DNA of 64,000 nucleotides. Origin: Pseudovirgaria hyperparasitica (taxonomy: Eukaryota). Shown here in pieces: positions 26,925 through 39,402 of the stretch. The stretch is from assembly GCA_010093815.1 (NCBI GenBank), contig ML996586.1; one strand, written 5' to 3'. The notes below the pieces were generated by a model. The model did no database searches, was not told the DNA's origin, and saw only the letters and a program-made list of their open reading frames with translations. Both the position numbers and the translations under genes were made by a program. Position 1 is the stretch's first letter. The number at the start of each line of letters is the position of its first letter.

Positions 26925-27211
26925 ACCGATGCAAACCTGGTGTGTGCTATGCAGTATTTGCCTCATAGCAAGGGGCGTTCCGGACTAGAGCTCTAGTACT
27001 GACTGGCAAGGCAAACATGACTGCGAACGTATGTTTGTATTTATTGCATATGAACCATACACACATCTTGATCTGGCATGTTTAGTACTTTACACCCTAA
27101 GTCTCACGACTAACACAGTATGATTTCAGCTCTCGGAGCAGATAAGACTCGTCAATGAGAGCTACGTGAAGTGCCTCTCAGTTATCGAAACACATATAAG
27201 CGTTTCACTAT

Positions 27212-28702
27212 CTATAAGACACTAGCCTCGATAACCCCTTTCTTACCCGACACTTGCTTCGGCTCCTGAACCTGCAGCAACGTCCTCAAAACTTTCTCAC
27301 TTCTAAGTCCCAGAAACTCAAAAACATTCTCCTCACTGCTGGCCAGCGCATTCAATGCCCAGATGCCGGTATCGCGGGCAACCGCATTCCGTTGGAAATT
27401 CACCCTATAATTACCATCAACAGTCAATTTGTTTCCGTCGTAAAGGTGAGACACTGAGCTCAGCATCGAATGCAGGTCCGCACGTTCATCGCCAGTCGCA
27501 AGGACTACTAAGTCGTACGGCTTGTTTTCTGGGACGTCTATCGTCGTAACTGGCGTGTTTGGCGTGAGCCTTATTGTGACCTTAGGTGAGCCAGGAGTGG
27601 GAGTCAAAGATGAGACGGTATGTGTGAAGTTAATGGCGAATTTATTCTTGCGCTGAGCGCGATAGGCGACCTTTTGCATGTACAGCATCTCGTAAAGGCC
27701 GTTTAGATTTTCTTCGGCGACTGTCGGCCGGGGTTTGGAAGGCTGATCCGGCTGTGAGGGTGATTTCCGGCGGAGTTCGTATGGTAAGATCCGGGATGGA
27801 CCAGTCGGTGTGTGCAGCAGCTGTGCGGTGCTAATAGATGTCAATCGACAATTTTATAAAGTGAGATTGGGGACATCTTACAAAGGGCTCCCATCTGTTG
27901 GTCTGAGTGTCCGATCGTTGACGAATAAGGTTCCCGTTGCATTGGGCAAGGCAGCGTGAAGATGCATGAATACCTCTACGGCCTCATTGTTCGCTCCCAC
28001 AACAGCGACATTCGATGGCTCATTTTTGTGCTTTGTCAAACCATCTCCAAGCTCTGCAAAATTACCTGTATGCACGACACGGTTATCCAGACCGATGAAT
28101 CTCAACTCAGGAGGTATCCTCATTTTCGCCCCTGTTGCAAATATGATCTTCTTTGCGTTAAGGATGTCGACTGTTTGCGAAACGGTGTCTTTTGCAGCAA
28201 CATTCCATGCAGCAACTGGTGGTGGATTTACAGCCTTGGTTCCAATGACTTCCTTGCCATATTTGATTTCGACGTTCGGCATATTCTCTAGTTTTTGGGC
28301 TGCCCATGCAAGATATTGACCCCAGACCTCTCGTGAAGGCTTCATTGAGCCAAGATTCAACCACGCGTCCATTTGCTGTGACCCACCTCTGCCACCGGCT
28401 TCCCAAGAGTAATTGACGAATGTAAACTCCGATCGAGGATTTCGTTGCATGGCCAAGTCTTGCAGAAAAGACGTTCTCATGTGGTTTGTCGGCAGAAAAG
28501 CTGAGGGTTTCCAATGGAATCGGTGCTGCTGCTCCAAAATAACAATTCTTTTCGAGGCATCGTGTTCGTGGATAGCAATGGCGAGGGACAATGATGATGG
28601 GCCGAAACCAACGAAGACATAATCATAGGAGCCGGTCTTGCTGGCTGCCAGAGAACATGGTGCTTCTCGCACAGCACCAGTGGATGATGCTTCGATAGAC
28701 AT
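27212..28702 (-). CDS. Divergent L-ornithine N5-monooxygenase (SidA/IucD)-fold flavoprotein, ~479 aa
   Basis: FAD motif VGFGPSSLSLAIA, SFLQDLAMQRNPRSEFTFVNY, PSRE, IIFATG, RPTDGSPF and YDLVVLATG; intron 27881-27831 gives an uninterrupted frame. The NADPH and substrate motifs are non-canonical. Confidence 0.85.
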
Positions 28703-29472
28703 TGCTTCAGGCCTGTTGTTCGTAGTGGATGATCAAGCGTCTGCTAGGACTGGTGCTGTCTATCAAAGTCACTCAGCTTAATGCAGGGCCAAGTGAATAT
28801 TCCAGGTAAATGGTTCTCGATCTGCAGTGTTCAGCAGTCTCTGTACCGAAGAGTGGAAATAGTCACGCGATCTGCTGGGCTAATCCTGTCACGGCCAAAT
28901 AGCTTGTAACAGGCAGGTCGACCCAAACGAGGTCTGAGCATTTGCCCGACAAAGGTCGCAAAAAAAAGTTGTCACCAAGTCTAGTTGCTACGTCACCCAG
29001 GTTCGTAATACCCCTGTAGGCGCGTGTGCCTGTGTAGCTCGGTTGGCTTCGGGGCCCATCGGTCGGTCACGTCTCGCCAATAGACCATGGATGGTGCATT
29101 TCAGGTTGGTCCTATTAGTGTGTAAACCAAGGGTGGGGTGCTTTAAGGCGCTTAAAATACCGAGCACGGATTGTAAAAGTAGCCATGAGGGTGCGCAGGC
29201 CTGGAAACGTGCAATTTAAATCCTTTGAACTCGTGTCGAGTAACTCGAGTTAGTATCGTGGGATCGCATCTGGTTTAGGCTGCGGAGATGGACAGTCTGT
29301 CTGTATGCAGTGTACTCAGACGATGGAATCATCTCCACAACAGCCCATGAAAACACCCGACGCTCAGATGTTCCATCCAACTTAGTGTCGATTGCCAGGG
29401 TACATAGTGTCAGTGTCTTTGGGCCTGTGGCTTGCCCATGCCGCCCCCCCCCCCCAGAGCCCCCCCGGTGTC

Positions 29473-29541
29473 ATCTGATAAGCCTGATTGGACGTATAAG
29501 GCGTAGCTAGATCAGATAAAAATTTCGTCGTCTTATCAGAT
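29473..29541. promoter_or_regulatory. Three SreA-type GATA boxes (ATCWGATAA)
   Basis: ATCTGATAA 29473-29481, ATCAGATAA 29511-29519 and TTATCAGAT 29533-29541, ~0.8 kb upstream of the sidA-like gene. Confidence 0.8.
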
Positions 29542-31102
29542 GAAAGTTTTCATCTACTCTCTATCCGTCGGCCGACAGGTCCCTGGCAGGCAGGCGAGGT
29601 CAACGGCCCAGGACACAATAGCACGTTTTGGTTGAAACTTTTTAATTATGCTATGTTTCACACAGTGGGAATAACGTAAAAGGAGCCAGTCCTCTGCTCC
29701 TGTCTACTGACTCGCGGCAGGGAGGCAGCGGCTCGCGCGATTCGCGAAGGCGCCGCTCCGGCTTGCCAGCCACCCAAAAATTGCTGTCGAATGTCGGCTC
29801 CTATGCGATCGACAGCAGGCCTGGCTCGTATCCTCGTTGCGGTGTTTTTGCGAGAGTGCAGCGAGAGTGGGAAATTATTCACTTGTGCCGCGAAGGAACG
29901 GAGCTGCTGAGATATTGTGATGCCATGGTGCTACTGTCAGCGAATGAATGGGTTTGGCGAAAATGAACTCTAGTATTTGGAACCATAATTTGTTACCCCA
30001 CATAGTGTCGGGTGCCAGGTATTCTACGTGCAACGAATTGAAGCTCATCTTCACAGTAGCTTAGCGCTTAGAGGTCATCATGATGCTTACATCTCGTCTC
30101 GACAATGCATGCCATACTTGCCTGAGGCATCCACTAATTGCGTCTGTAACGACTGTCTCTGCCGCTGAGACCTGGATGAAGCATATGTAATGGCGGGACA
30201 GGCGAAACGTACATCTGATGCAGCGACACGCGAATAACGTGGATCACAAAGTCAACAGCCTCGTCACGACTGCAGAGCAAGTACACATTCGTGTGAACTG
30301 AACATGTCATCGATAACTGCCTCGTGCAGCTGTTGAATGGCTGTCAAGTTGTGGCCTAAGCTGTCGGGTCATAAGCTGGCCGCCGAACGAATTCAGTTCG
30401 CAAACAATGCCTTCAGAAACGACCAAAAAGTGGTGATGCATATATATTGCATTGATTACGCGTTCAATAGCATTTGTCCAAGACTATAATATCATCCAGC
30501 AGTAGTCTATGAGCCATCGCAACGCAGAAGATGATGCGACGAACAGAGTCATGCGGGTAACGACGAGGATGCAAGATGCACTAATGCTGCGAGTAGTGCC
30601 AGCCAGTAGTAATAGAGCCATCGAGACGTGAGGTCAGAAAGAGAGACAATGAGGTCAGAGTCAGCGACGGCGTGAGCAGATCAACCATCTGGGGGACCGG
30701 TCAAGTCAAGAGAAGGTATCATGAAGCACTGGGGCGTAGATGGTACAAACTTTAGCCATCGTCAGATCTACGCGGTCCGGGAAGGAACCGACGGAAGGAC
30801 GGCTCTCCAGACTTAATTCGAGCGGGTGAGGGGCTGTCGAGATGGGTAATGGGGATGGATCCTCGGATAGATGAGATTGATAAGATCGATTAGATTCAAA
30901 TCTTTTGTGCATGTCCGACTTCGCAAGATCGAGTGAGAAGATAAGATTGATAAGATGCGTGGCGAGTTAGGAAGAACAAGTATAGGCCTCGCACGCACAG
31001 GAAAACATATCCAGGAGGCAAGATTAATAACATGCAACGTCGCCCTATATTAGTGACAGCTAGAGGAATTACATATATAAATCTATATATGTCAGACAAC
31101 AA

Positions 31103-34100
31103 TTACGTGCTTGACGGCCCTTGAGCAGGTGTATCGTCTGCATCCTCCTTTCTATCCAGTGTCTGATGCAAGGCATTCACCTTGTACGTCTCACTGCTCT
31201 CCAATAATTCTCTGTGTGTCCCACTTGCTGTGCAAACACCCTCCTCGATCACAAAGATCCGATCCGCACGCTCAATTGTGCGCAGACGATGCGCAATCGC
31301 AACTACCGTGATGCCCCGCGCCGCCCTCTCCAGAGCGTCCTGCACCAGTTTTTCGCTCTCCGCATCCAGCGCACTCGTACCTTCATCAAGTAGTAGTAGT
31401 CTGGGCTTACGGACCAGAGCACGCGCGATGGAGAGGCGTTGCTTTTGACCACCTGAAAAAGCCGTACCATTGGGCCCACAGCGTGTGTCGTAGCCATCTG
31501 GTAACGCTGCAATGGTATCATGAATATTCGCCAACCTGCACGCAGCTTCGATCTCCTCGTCACTCGCCTCGTGACCTGGGCTTGCGCCGATACTCAGATT
31601 GAACCTGACGCTCCCTTCAAACAGTACACTTTCTTGAGGTACTATGGCGATATCGTTGCGAAAGTCCGTACCATGCTGCAGGGCAAGATTCCGCCCGTCC
31701 ACTTCTACAGTCCCAGAAGATGGGTCATAGAAGCGCTCAATGAGTGATATTATGGTGGACTTTCCAGCGCCTGAGGGGCCTACAAGGGCACAGAATTGGC
31801 CGGGTTTGATGTCGAGGCAGAGACCCTTGAGAATGATGGAGTCAGGGCGGTTAGGGTATGCAAAGACAGCGTCTTGAATCTTGATGCCCACGCCGCTCTG
31901 TGTGGAAGGTGTATGGTCGGATGATGATGCGCCTGGAGTCTTTTCAGTATCGCCTGAGTTCTTTGAATGAGAGTAGCAGTGAGGGTCGACCGCGGGGTCG
32001 AGGGGGCCATTGATCTTTTTATTGCCTAGGCCGATGAGGTCAAGTATTCGTGCTGCGCCGACTCGGGAGCGAGCAAAGTCAGGAGCCAAAGCGAATAGTT
32101 GACCACAAGACTGTGCGCTGAATAACAAAGCTGGGAGGACGATGAAGAACTGAGTTTGCGAGTAGCGACCCTCAACGATGTTCTTGGTGCCCCACCAATA
32201 CCCAAGTGCGTAGACCAGGTTGCTAACGCTGTACGCAGTAGAAAGCCAGACGTTACTGTAGGCGATAGACTTGACGGTAGCTTTGTATGGCTCTGAGAGC
32301 GACCTTCGATAGACTCCATGAGTCACCTTCTCCAAAGAGTACAGCGAAATCGTTCTGATTGAGTTCACCGCCTCGACAGTGATTGAGGTAGCTTGTGCAA
32401 AGGCCTTCTGATGGCGCTCTTGGAACTGAGCCAGCACACGAATGCGCATTATCCCGGATCCTAAGAGAACAGGTATACAAGCCATGAGTACTAGACTAAT
32501 CCTCCAGGCTATGATATTGGAGAGAATGATTCCTGCAACAAAGTTGATGGTGACTGCAAATAAGACACCCAACGTTGTTCCTGTCAAAGCTGCAACGGCA
32601 TTGGTGTCGGTCGTGATGTATGCAAGGAGCGTTGCAGAGTTTCGGTCATTGGTAGTGTGCCATGTGATGTCTTTCCTCAAAACCGTATGGAACGATGCTT
32701 GCCGAGCCTTGAGAAGGACCTGCTCCGATACCATTCCGAATAATGATCCACTGACCAAATTGGCGAAGAATTCGACAACAGCAAGGACGAAAAATAGGAG
32801 AGCGAAAAAGCTACCACGACTTCTGATAGTGTTACCATCTTGGCACGGACTTAACGCCGATATAGTGTGTCCAAAGATTACAGCTTCACCAGAGTATGAG
32901 CCTCCAACAATGATGGAACCTGTAAAGCCGATAAATGCCCAGAGTAGATGGGGCCGCACGAGTCGTCCCACCCCACGAAGAGTAGCACCAAGGGGAAGGA
33001 TCGTCTTCTCTTTCTTCTTCTTATCCTTCTTCTGCTTCTTGTTGCTGGTTTCCGCCACCTTCTCATCCAGTGGAGCCTCCTCCTGTGACGATGCTTCTAA
33101 GGTATCAGGTACGGCCTCTTTGCTATCGACAAACTTTGCTTCCTCGTCAGACTTCACATTGACCTCGTCAGCGCGCAAAGTTGTCATGGATGTGCGTGCA
33201 GAAGTTGTGTCAACGTCACCAGATCCAACTTCCTGAAGACGAACCATGCTCGCATAGATGCCATTATATGCCATGAGCTCGGCATGGCTGCCTTGTTCAA
33301 TGAGCTCTCCGTGTTTCATGACAACGATGTTATCGGCTTTTTTGATTGTAGAAATACGATGGGCAATGGCGATAGTGGTCCTTCCCTGTGACACATTTTC
33401 GAGAGCTTTTAAAATTGATTGCTCACTGCGAGAATCGAGTGATGATGTAGCCTCGTCCAAAAGAAGAATGCGAGGGTTTCGAACGACAGCGCGAGCAACA
33501 GCGATCCTTTGTTTTTGGCCGCCACTCAATCTGCCTCCGACATGGCCAACAGATGTCGCGAGACCATGCTGAAGACCATCTACAAAGCGCAGAACATCTG
33601 CAGCCGCAGCCGCATCCCTGACTTTCCGTACGATTTCAGTAACAACAGGGGTGCTAGCTTTGATGGCAGTATCCCAGTCGGAGCCATCTTGTACAGCTTT
33701 GACCAAGTCTGGAAGGCTAGAGTCAAGCAATGCCTTGTTGATGGGTGAGTCTCGATCAGCAGCACACAAGAGACCGTACGCGATGTTTTCGAGTACGGAG
33801 CGGTCGAAAAGAGATGGATCTTGCTGCACAGTACCAATGGAGCCACGGAGTGATGAAACGTTCAGATGCTTGAGATCGATGCCATCTAGAGTGATCGTAC
33901 CTGAGTCTGGATCGTAAAGCCGAGTTATCAAAGCTGCGAGGGTAGACTTCCCACTACCGGATTGACCGACGATAGCGGTATGCTTGTTCGCGGGGATATT
34001 TAATGACAGCTTCTTCAGGACTTGGACTCCAGGGCGTGACACGTAGGTGAAGTCTACATCACGTATTTGGATGTCTCCATTCACTGATGAGATGCTCTGG

Positions 34101-35285
34101 CCGCCGTCAGGATTGGTGCCGTCGATCTTGGATGGCCTGTTGATGGTTTCGTGCAGACTCTCGGATGACGCGACGGCGCTACCAAAGATCTGCAGGAAAG
34201 GAGCCACCTGACTCAGAATGAAAGAGGCTAGTTCTGTCAGTATGATAAGCTCTAAGTCTTCTTCTGTGTGGCTTACCATCAACAAGCAAGAAGATGACAG
34301 TATAGACAGCGCCGACGGATGACGAAGTACCATTCTCGTCTACATCTGCTGCTATGGTACGACTTCCCTGCCAGTATGCAACGGCGTTAGTCGAATATGC
34401 GATGAAGTAGAGCAGTGCAAGCTGAGTAGCGGCAGTAACAGCTTTTTTATATCCAGCCTTCTGGGCATCACTGAGATGCTTTAGGAAGTTCGCTTCCAGT
34501 CGAGAGTTTGCGTTGAAAGCATGCACAAGTGAGATCCTTGACAAACTCTCGGAGGCGATAGACGTGGCGGAGGCGATGGATGTTGACACAGCCCCTGAAT
34601 ACTTCTTGATGAAGTGTGTTCCGATGAAGGTCATGAGAAAATATGCGGGCACCAGAGAAACAAGTATTCCAGCCAGCTTTGAATCTTTGATGAAGGAGAC
34701 AATGTAGGAGGCGACAAAGTACGAGACGGTCGCTATCACAATGCCGACCTTTTCTGACGTTCCGGCCTGGATGGTGTCTAGATCGGTAGTGAGACGTGAA
34801 GACACATCCCCGGCAGGTCTTTCATCAAAGAAGGCGAGCTCCTGTCTTAGAAGACTCTGGAAGTACTCATCTCGCAGTCGACGAACAAGACGCTCGCCGA
34901 ACCAGCTCCAACATCCCGTATGGATGTAAATGAAGCAAAAGTTGGCGATGGTAACATAGACGACATAAAGAACCTTCTGAGTGACGGCGCTGCTGACCTG
35001 GCCATTGCTTCCAGCCTGCGAATCACTACACGAGGAAGAATTGAGATCATCAACAAGCTGGCCGAAGAGGATGCCGAGCAGTGGAAATGGTACACCTGCT
35101 GCAATGGCAAAGACAACACCACCTAGGAGGAGGAGGTAGTCGAGAGTGGTAGGGCCGGCACGTGTGAGTAAGCGGAGATATCCTCCAAACCGTATGGACT
35201 TGATGCCCGCCTGTCGGTGTTAGTCTCGAGAGCTTTTTGGCAGAGACAGTTGGAACCAACTCACCGTGATCTTATTTTCCTTCAT
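31103..35285 (-). CDS. Full-length ABCB/MDR-type ABC transporter (SitT-like siderophore exporter)
   Basis: TMD-NBD-TMD-NBD with GQSGSGKST/LSGGQKQR/LLLDEATS and GPSGAGKST/FSGGQKQR/LLLDEGTS. Exons about 35285-35265, 35210-34277 and 34227-31103 with GT-AG introns. Confidence 0.92.
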
Positions 35286-35543
35286 CCCGACCTAAATTTG
35301 CACGACACGACGTCTAGGTATTCACGTCAGGTTTCTCTGCCAGTCGTAGAAATCAGAGAACGTCGCTTGTCTTCGCTGTAACGAGACACGAGGACGCAGC
35401 AGTACTCCGAGCAGCAATGCATTGAGGCAACCCTGGCGGAACAAAGTAACAAGGGCTCCACCTACACAATTTGGAAGTTGCTTGGCAGGCATTTCGTTAA
35501 TTAGTGGACAAAGCCGGGATGATGATCTGGTCAAGGATTGGGA

Positions 35544-35732
35544 TTATCAGATGGAATTACAGGCGTGGGACTAGTGGATAGTAAGGGCATAGTAGTGTTG
35601 ATCGAAGCAGTAGAGTGGAGCCACTCGATAATAGAGAGGGAAAGACGGCCGGGTTTGCGTCGGCTGTCGGAGTGGGCTGATGAGGATCCCGTGCCTCGCC
35701 TCGCCTTCAGATGGAAGGATTCAATCTGATAA
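35544..35732. promoter_or_regulatory. Two SreA-type GATA boxes in the ABC/acyltransferase divergent promoter
   Basis: TTATCAGAT 35544-35552 and ATCTGATAA 35724-35732; near-match ATCTGATTA at 35814. Confidence 0.75.
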
Positions 35733-36217
35733 AAAAACTCTGCAATGGCGTATGCGGCGCGGATGACGGTGCTTATTGGCTGCACTTCTACGCCTCGGTA
35801 TACCCGATATCGGATCTGATTAGATGAACATTGCCCGAGATTGTTTCGGCCGACCGCTCAAGGTTGTTTGGATCCTAGGTCCACATTATCTTTACACGTT
35901 CACTTCAGTCCCCCCCCCCCTCCCCCTGTCACCATCCCTCACAGTGCTAAAGAATCGCTCTGTATCCACCACCACCAACCCCACGCATGATGCATCTCTA
36001 CCGTCCCTGGTCTATGTTCTCTCCCATGCCTCCGCGGTTCGTTTCAAAAAGTTCTGAGCCTTGTCCACACGTGCTCAATGTTCACGGCTCGACGCTGGAG
36101 GATTTACCTGCGTCATGTCATACCTGAGAAGCTCCCGGCCCATTCTTGCAACACCAGCTCAACAGTGTTATCGTGAAGTCAATTGACACTCAATCGCGGC
36201 ATCGCCAGCTCTGAATC

Positions 36218-37564
36218 ATGGCGACGACTAACAGTACAAGTCCTTCTCCGAAAGACTTTATTCTCAAGCTTCCACATCCCTACTTGACCGCATACGGCAT
36301 CAAGGAAAAGAGTATTTCCGGAAAACTGCATTGTTTCCTAGATCGAATTCGATCTCCCAAGTCTTCTCTCCGGACGGCACAGGAACCCCCAGAAATACTT
36401 CACAATGTCGATCTCTACTTCACGCTTCCTGAAATCCCATCCGAACAAGACCAACCTCCAGAATCCAACAACCTCTGGTGGGCACGCGCACAACGCTCTC
36501 CGTCCGTAACCCTCACCTGGCAAAACTCTGCACCGTCGCCCGCACAAGTATGGCTCGTCATATACGCGCTCTACTCCCTTCATACCGACATCGAGCACTT
36601 TCGCCTCAATCTGACTGGTGGAGGCTCAGACACAATCAGAGATCACCTCCTTAATACCCTGCTCGCAACATCACACCCGTCTCCCACCGACAGTGCCACT
36701 CCAGCTCTCGATCTCCCTATTCTCGTTCTCCGCAGCACCTTCTGGCAAGGGGCCTCCTCCCCCTTCGGCCCTCGCCCTCTCTGGCTCCCTGAGCCAAACG
36801 CCCCCGGATCGCCCGTGAAACCCCTTTCTCAATACCCCCTCCCACCACTCTCCCACCGCCTCACCACCGGCTTTCCATCTTCGCGCGTACACGCCCACCA
36901 TCCCATTCGTCCCGCGAAACCCGCGCCCGGTACCACCGTTTACAGCCGCTTCATCCCCCATCTTGGCGAGCACTTCAGCATGGTCGCCCTCGACCACACG
37001 CTGCCCGCACACCTCGAGCTCTTCCACAAGTGGCAGAACGACCCGCGCGTCGCCCGCGGCTGGAACGAGACGGGCACGCTCGACCAGCACCGCAAGTACC
37101 TGCAAACGCTGCACGATGACCCGCACGTGTTGACGCTGCTGGCGGCCTTTGACGACGTGCTGTTTGCCTACTTCGAGGTCTACTGGGCGCCCGAGGACCA
37201 CATTGGCGTGCATCACGCATTCCCGCCGTATGCGCGCGGGCGGCACTCGCTTGTGGGCGACGTGCGGTTCCGTGGACCGCACCGTGTGTGTGCGTGGTGG
37301 GGCAGTCTGATGCATTATCTGTTTCTAGACGATCCGCGGACAGGGCAGATTGTTGGCGAGCCCAAGGCAACGAATAAGACGGTGCTGGAGTACGACTTTG
37401 CGCATGGGTTTAGTCTGGTCAAGTGGATGGATCTGGGGCATAAGAGGAGTGCGCTGATGTGGTGTGAGCGTGAGAGATTTTTCCAGTTAAGTCCATTTGG
37501 GTGGAATGGCAGTGTGCTGGGGCCGGATGGGCTGAATGCATTGGTAACGAGTGCGAAGCTGTAG
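36218..37564 (+). CDS. sidF: N5-hydroxyornithine acyltransferase (SidF/IucB-AlcB GNAT family), PTS1-like C-terminus AKL
   Basis: FWQGASSPFGPRP, HHPIRPAKP, YSRFIP, FHKWQNDPRVARGWNE, FAYFEVYWAPED, RGRHSLVG, HYLFLDDPRT..VGEP and DLGHKRSALM motifs; 448 aa. Confidence 0.88.
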   Translation: MATTNSTSPSPKDFILKLPHPYLTAYGIKEKSISGKLHCFLDRIRSPKSSLRTAQEPPEILHNVDLYFTLPEIPSEQDQPPESNNLWWARAQRSPSVTLTWQNSAPSPAQVWLVIYALYSLHTDIEHFRLNLTGGGSDTIRDHLLNTLLATSHPSPTDSATPALDLPILVLRSTFWQGASSPFGPRPLWLPEPNAPGSPVKPLSQYPLPPLSHRLTTGFPSSRVHAHHPIRPAKPAPGTTVYSRFIPHLGEHFSMVALDHTLPAHLELFHKWQNDPRVARGWNETGTLDQHRKYLQTLHDDPHVLTLLAAFDDVLFAYFEVYWAPEDHIGVHHAFPPYARGRHSLVGDVRFRGPHRVCAWWGSLMHYLFLDDPRTGQIVGEPKATNKTVLEYDFAHGFSLVKWMDLGHKRSALMWCERERFFQLSPFGWNGSVLGPDGLNALVTSAKL

Positions 37565-37767
37565 GGGAGATGAACCGTGTTTAAAAACGATCTTCGTGTG
37601 CAGTGTAGACTTAACAAGAATAAGCATAGCCAGTATTTTTCGTGTATCCGACTCACAATACACTCGTACTTTTATGGTATGTCCCGAGTACATTTTATGA
37701 GGTAGATATATATGTATATACGAATATACTAAATGTCAAGCATCAAAAGAAGACTAGACAGCACCCT

Positions 37768-39402
37768 TTAAACCTCCAGCTCCTCATCAAGCCCCAAGCA
37801 TTTCAACGTCGCCCTCCACCCTAAATCCTCACCAAACAGCATCTCACGCACCTCGACACCACTCCTCGTTTCTGCCGCATACGGATTCCAACTGACCGCC
37901 TGCCTGCCCACTGCGAGGCCCATCATCGGCGGAACAGCGGGGAAGCGCGCCGCAGGACCGAATGGTTCGTCGTCCGCTGACTTTGTTTGGCTTGGTTTGT
38001 TTTTGTTCATAGCTGTGTCTTCATGATTTGAGCTATTGTCGCCATCCAGTGACGATCGTGCAGACGGCGGCGTGGCAGGTGCAGTATCGTGTAGGGAGAG
38101 TTCGTCGATGGGAATGTGGGAGTTGGAAGGGTAACATAGTTTTTCAGAAAGGAGGATTTCGCGCATGATATTCGTGGCGGCAACGTGGGCCATAACGAGA
38201 GCGGTGCCGGCACGCTTGACGCCTGACCAGGCGCAGATGTCGCCGGCGGCATAGTGGCGGGCGTGGTGCGGCGATGAAGGTGGAAAGGAGAGACTGTGTG
38301 CTTGTCAGTTCTGTATCATCCAGGGATTAGAAGAAGAAGGGGGTGGGGAAGGTAAAGGAAAGGAGCAACGAACGTCTCTTCTGCTTTGACAAAGCCGTGC
38401 TCGTCGAGGATATGTGCGGGGAGGAAGGCAGACGATGGGAGAGTCTTGCCAGTTGCGTTTATAACGTGGCCGGCATGGATGGCGGTGCCGTCGCTCAGGG
38501 TGACGATGTGCGATGTGCCCTCGCCATGCGTAATGCATGCTCTCTGCCCGAGCACGACATCGACACCCTCATGTCTAAGCACGCGCAAACTCTCCTGCTT
38601 GAAAGCAGCGGGCATGTCTTCGCTGGATAGGAGTTCATGCCGGGAATGCACCAGTGTCACGTGGACGTGCGGATGGCATAATTTGATTTCAGCGGCAAAC
38701 TCAATACCCACGGCGCCGCCGCCAACGATGACGACAATTCTGCGGCCTGTCGCATCGGCTTTCGCATCTTGGATCTTCTTGATCTCCCGCTCTGCGTCTG
38801 CGACATAGCTGTGAAAGTCTGCTGCGCGGGGAATGATGGGCCAGTCGCGCTTCAAGCCGGTACAGAGGAGGAGATAGTCGTACTCGATGCATGTCTCGTC
38901 GCCTGAGGGCGTGAGGTATGTGGCGCGGAGCGATTCAGGGTCGAGGAACTTGAGGTAACCCTGGACGAAAGTGAAATTCGGGTGGCGGAGGGCACGAATT
39001 GAGCGGTATGTGCGCCACGAGGAGCGTACGTGGGAGGGAGAAACGTGAGCAAGTGGTGCACCGACTGTGTGGACTAATAAGAGTTAGAATGGCAAGACGG
39101 TTCATTGTGATGTGTGAGGTTACGGAGCGCTAAGGGCGTGTGGGCGTGGGGGTTATAGGAAACGTACAGAAGCCGTCCCTGCGATCCAACAATGTGACCT
39201 GTACGCCTTTTCTGGACTTCAATCCTTTGAGATCTGGTAGTGTCGACGTGGGAGATGGGCGGTTTGGCTTGCCATCGATTAGGTGGAGGAGATTGACCAA
39301 GCCGGAAACGCCAGCATACGAGCCACCAACTACAAGAATCCGGTGCGGATGTGAGTCTGTCCTGGCGGGAGAATCCGGAGGGGTGATGATGGACTTCGAC
39401 AT
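37768..39402 (-). CDS. AIF/AMID-like FAD/NAD(P)-dependent oxidoreductase (Pyr_redox_2), multi-exon
   Basis: ILVVGGSYAG, IVVIVGGGAVGIEFAAEIK, VTLVHSR and AAGDICAWSGVKRAGTALVMAHVAATNI distributed over exons separated by introns (approx. 39166-39075 and 38373-38295). Confidence 0.8.

Noticed and set aside
30866..30960. Cluster of GATAAG/GATT words
   Set aside because: Low-complexity sequence just downstream of the ABC gene; no ATCWGATAA consensus.
32442..33236. 264-aa and other antisense ORFs within the ABC, NRPS, sidI and sidF genes
   Set aside because: Shadow ORFs opposite well-supported genes.
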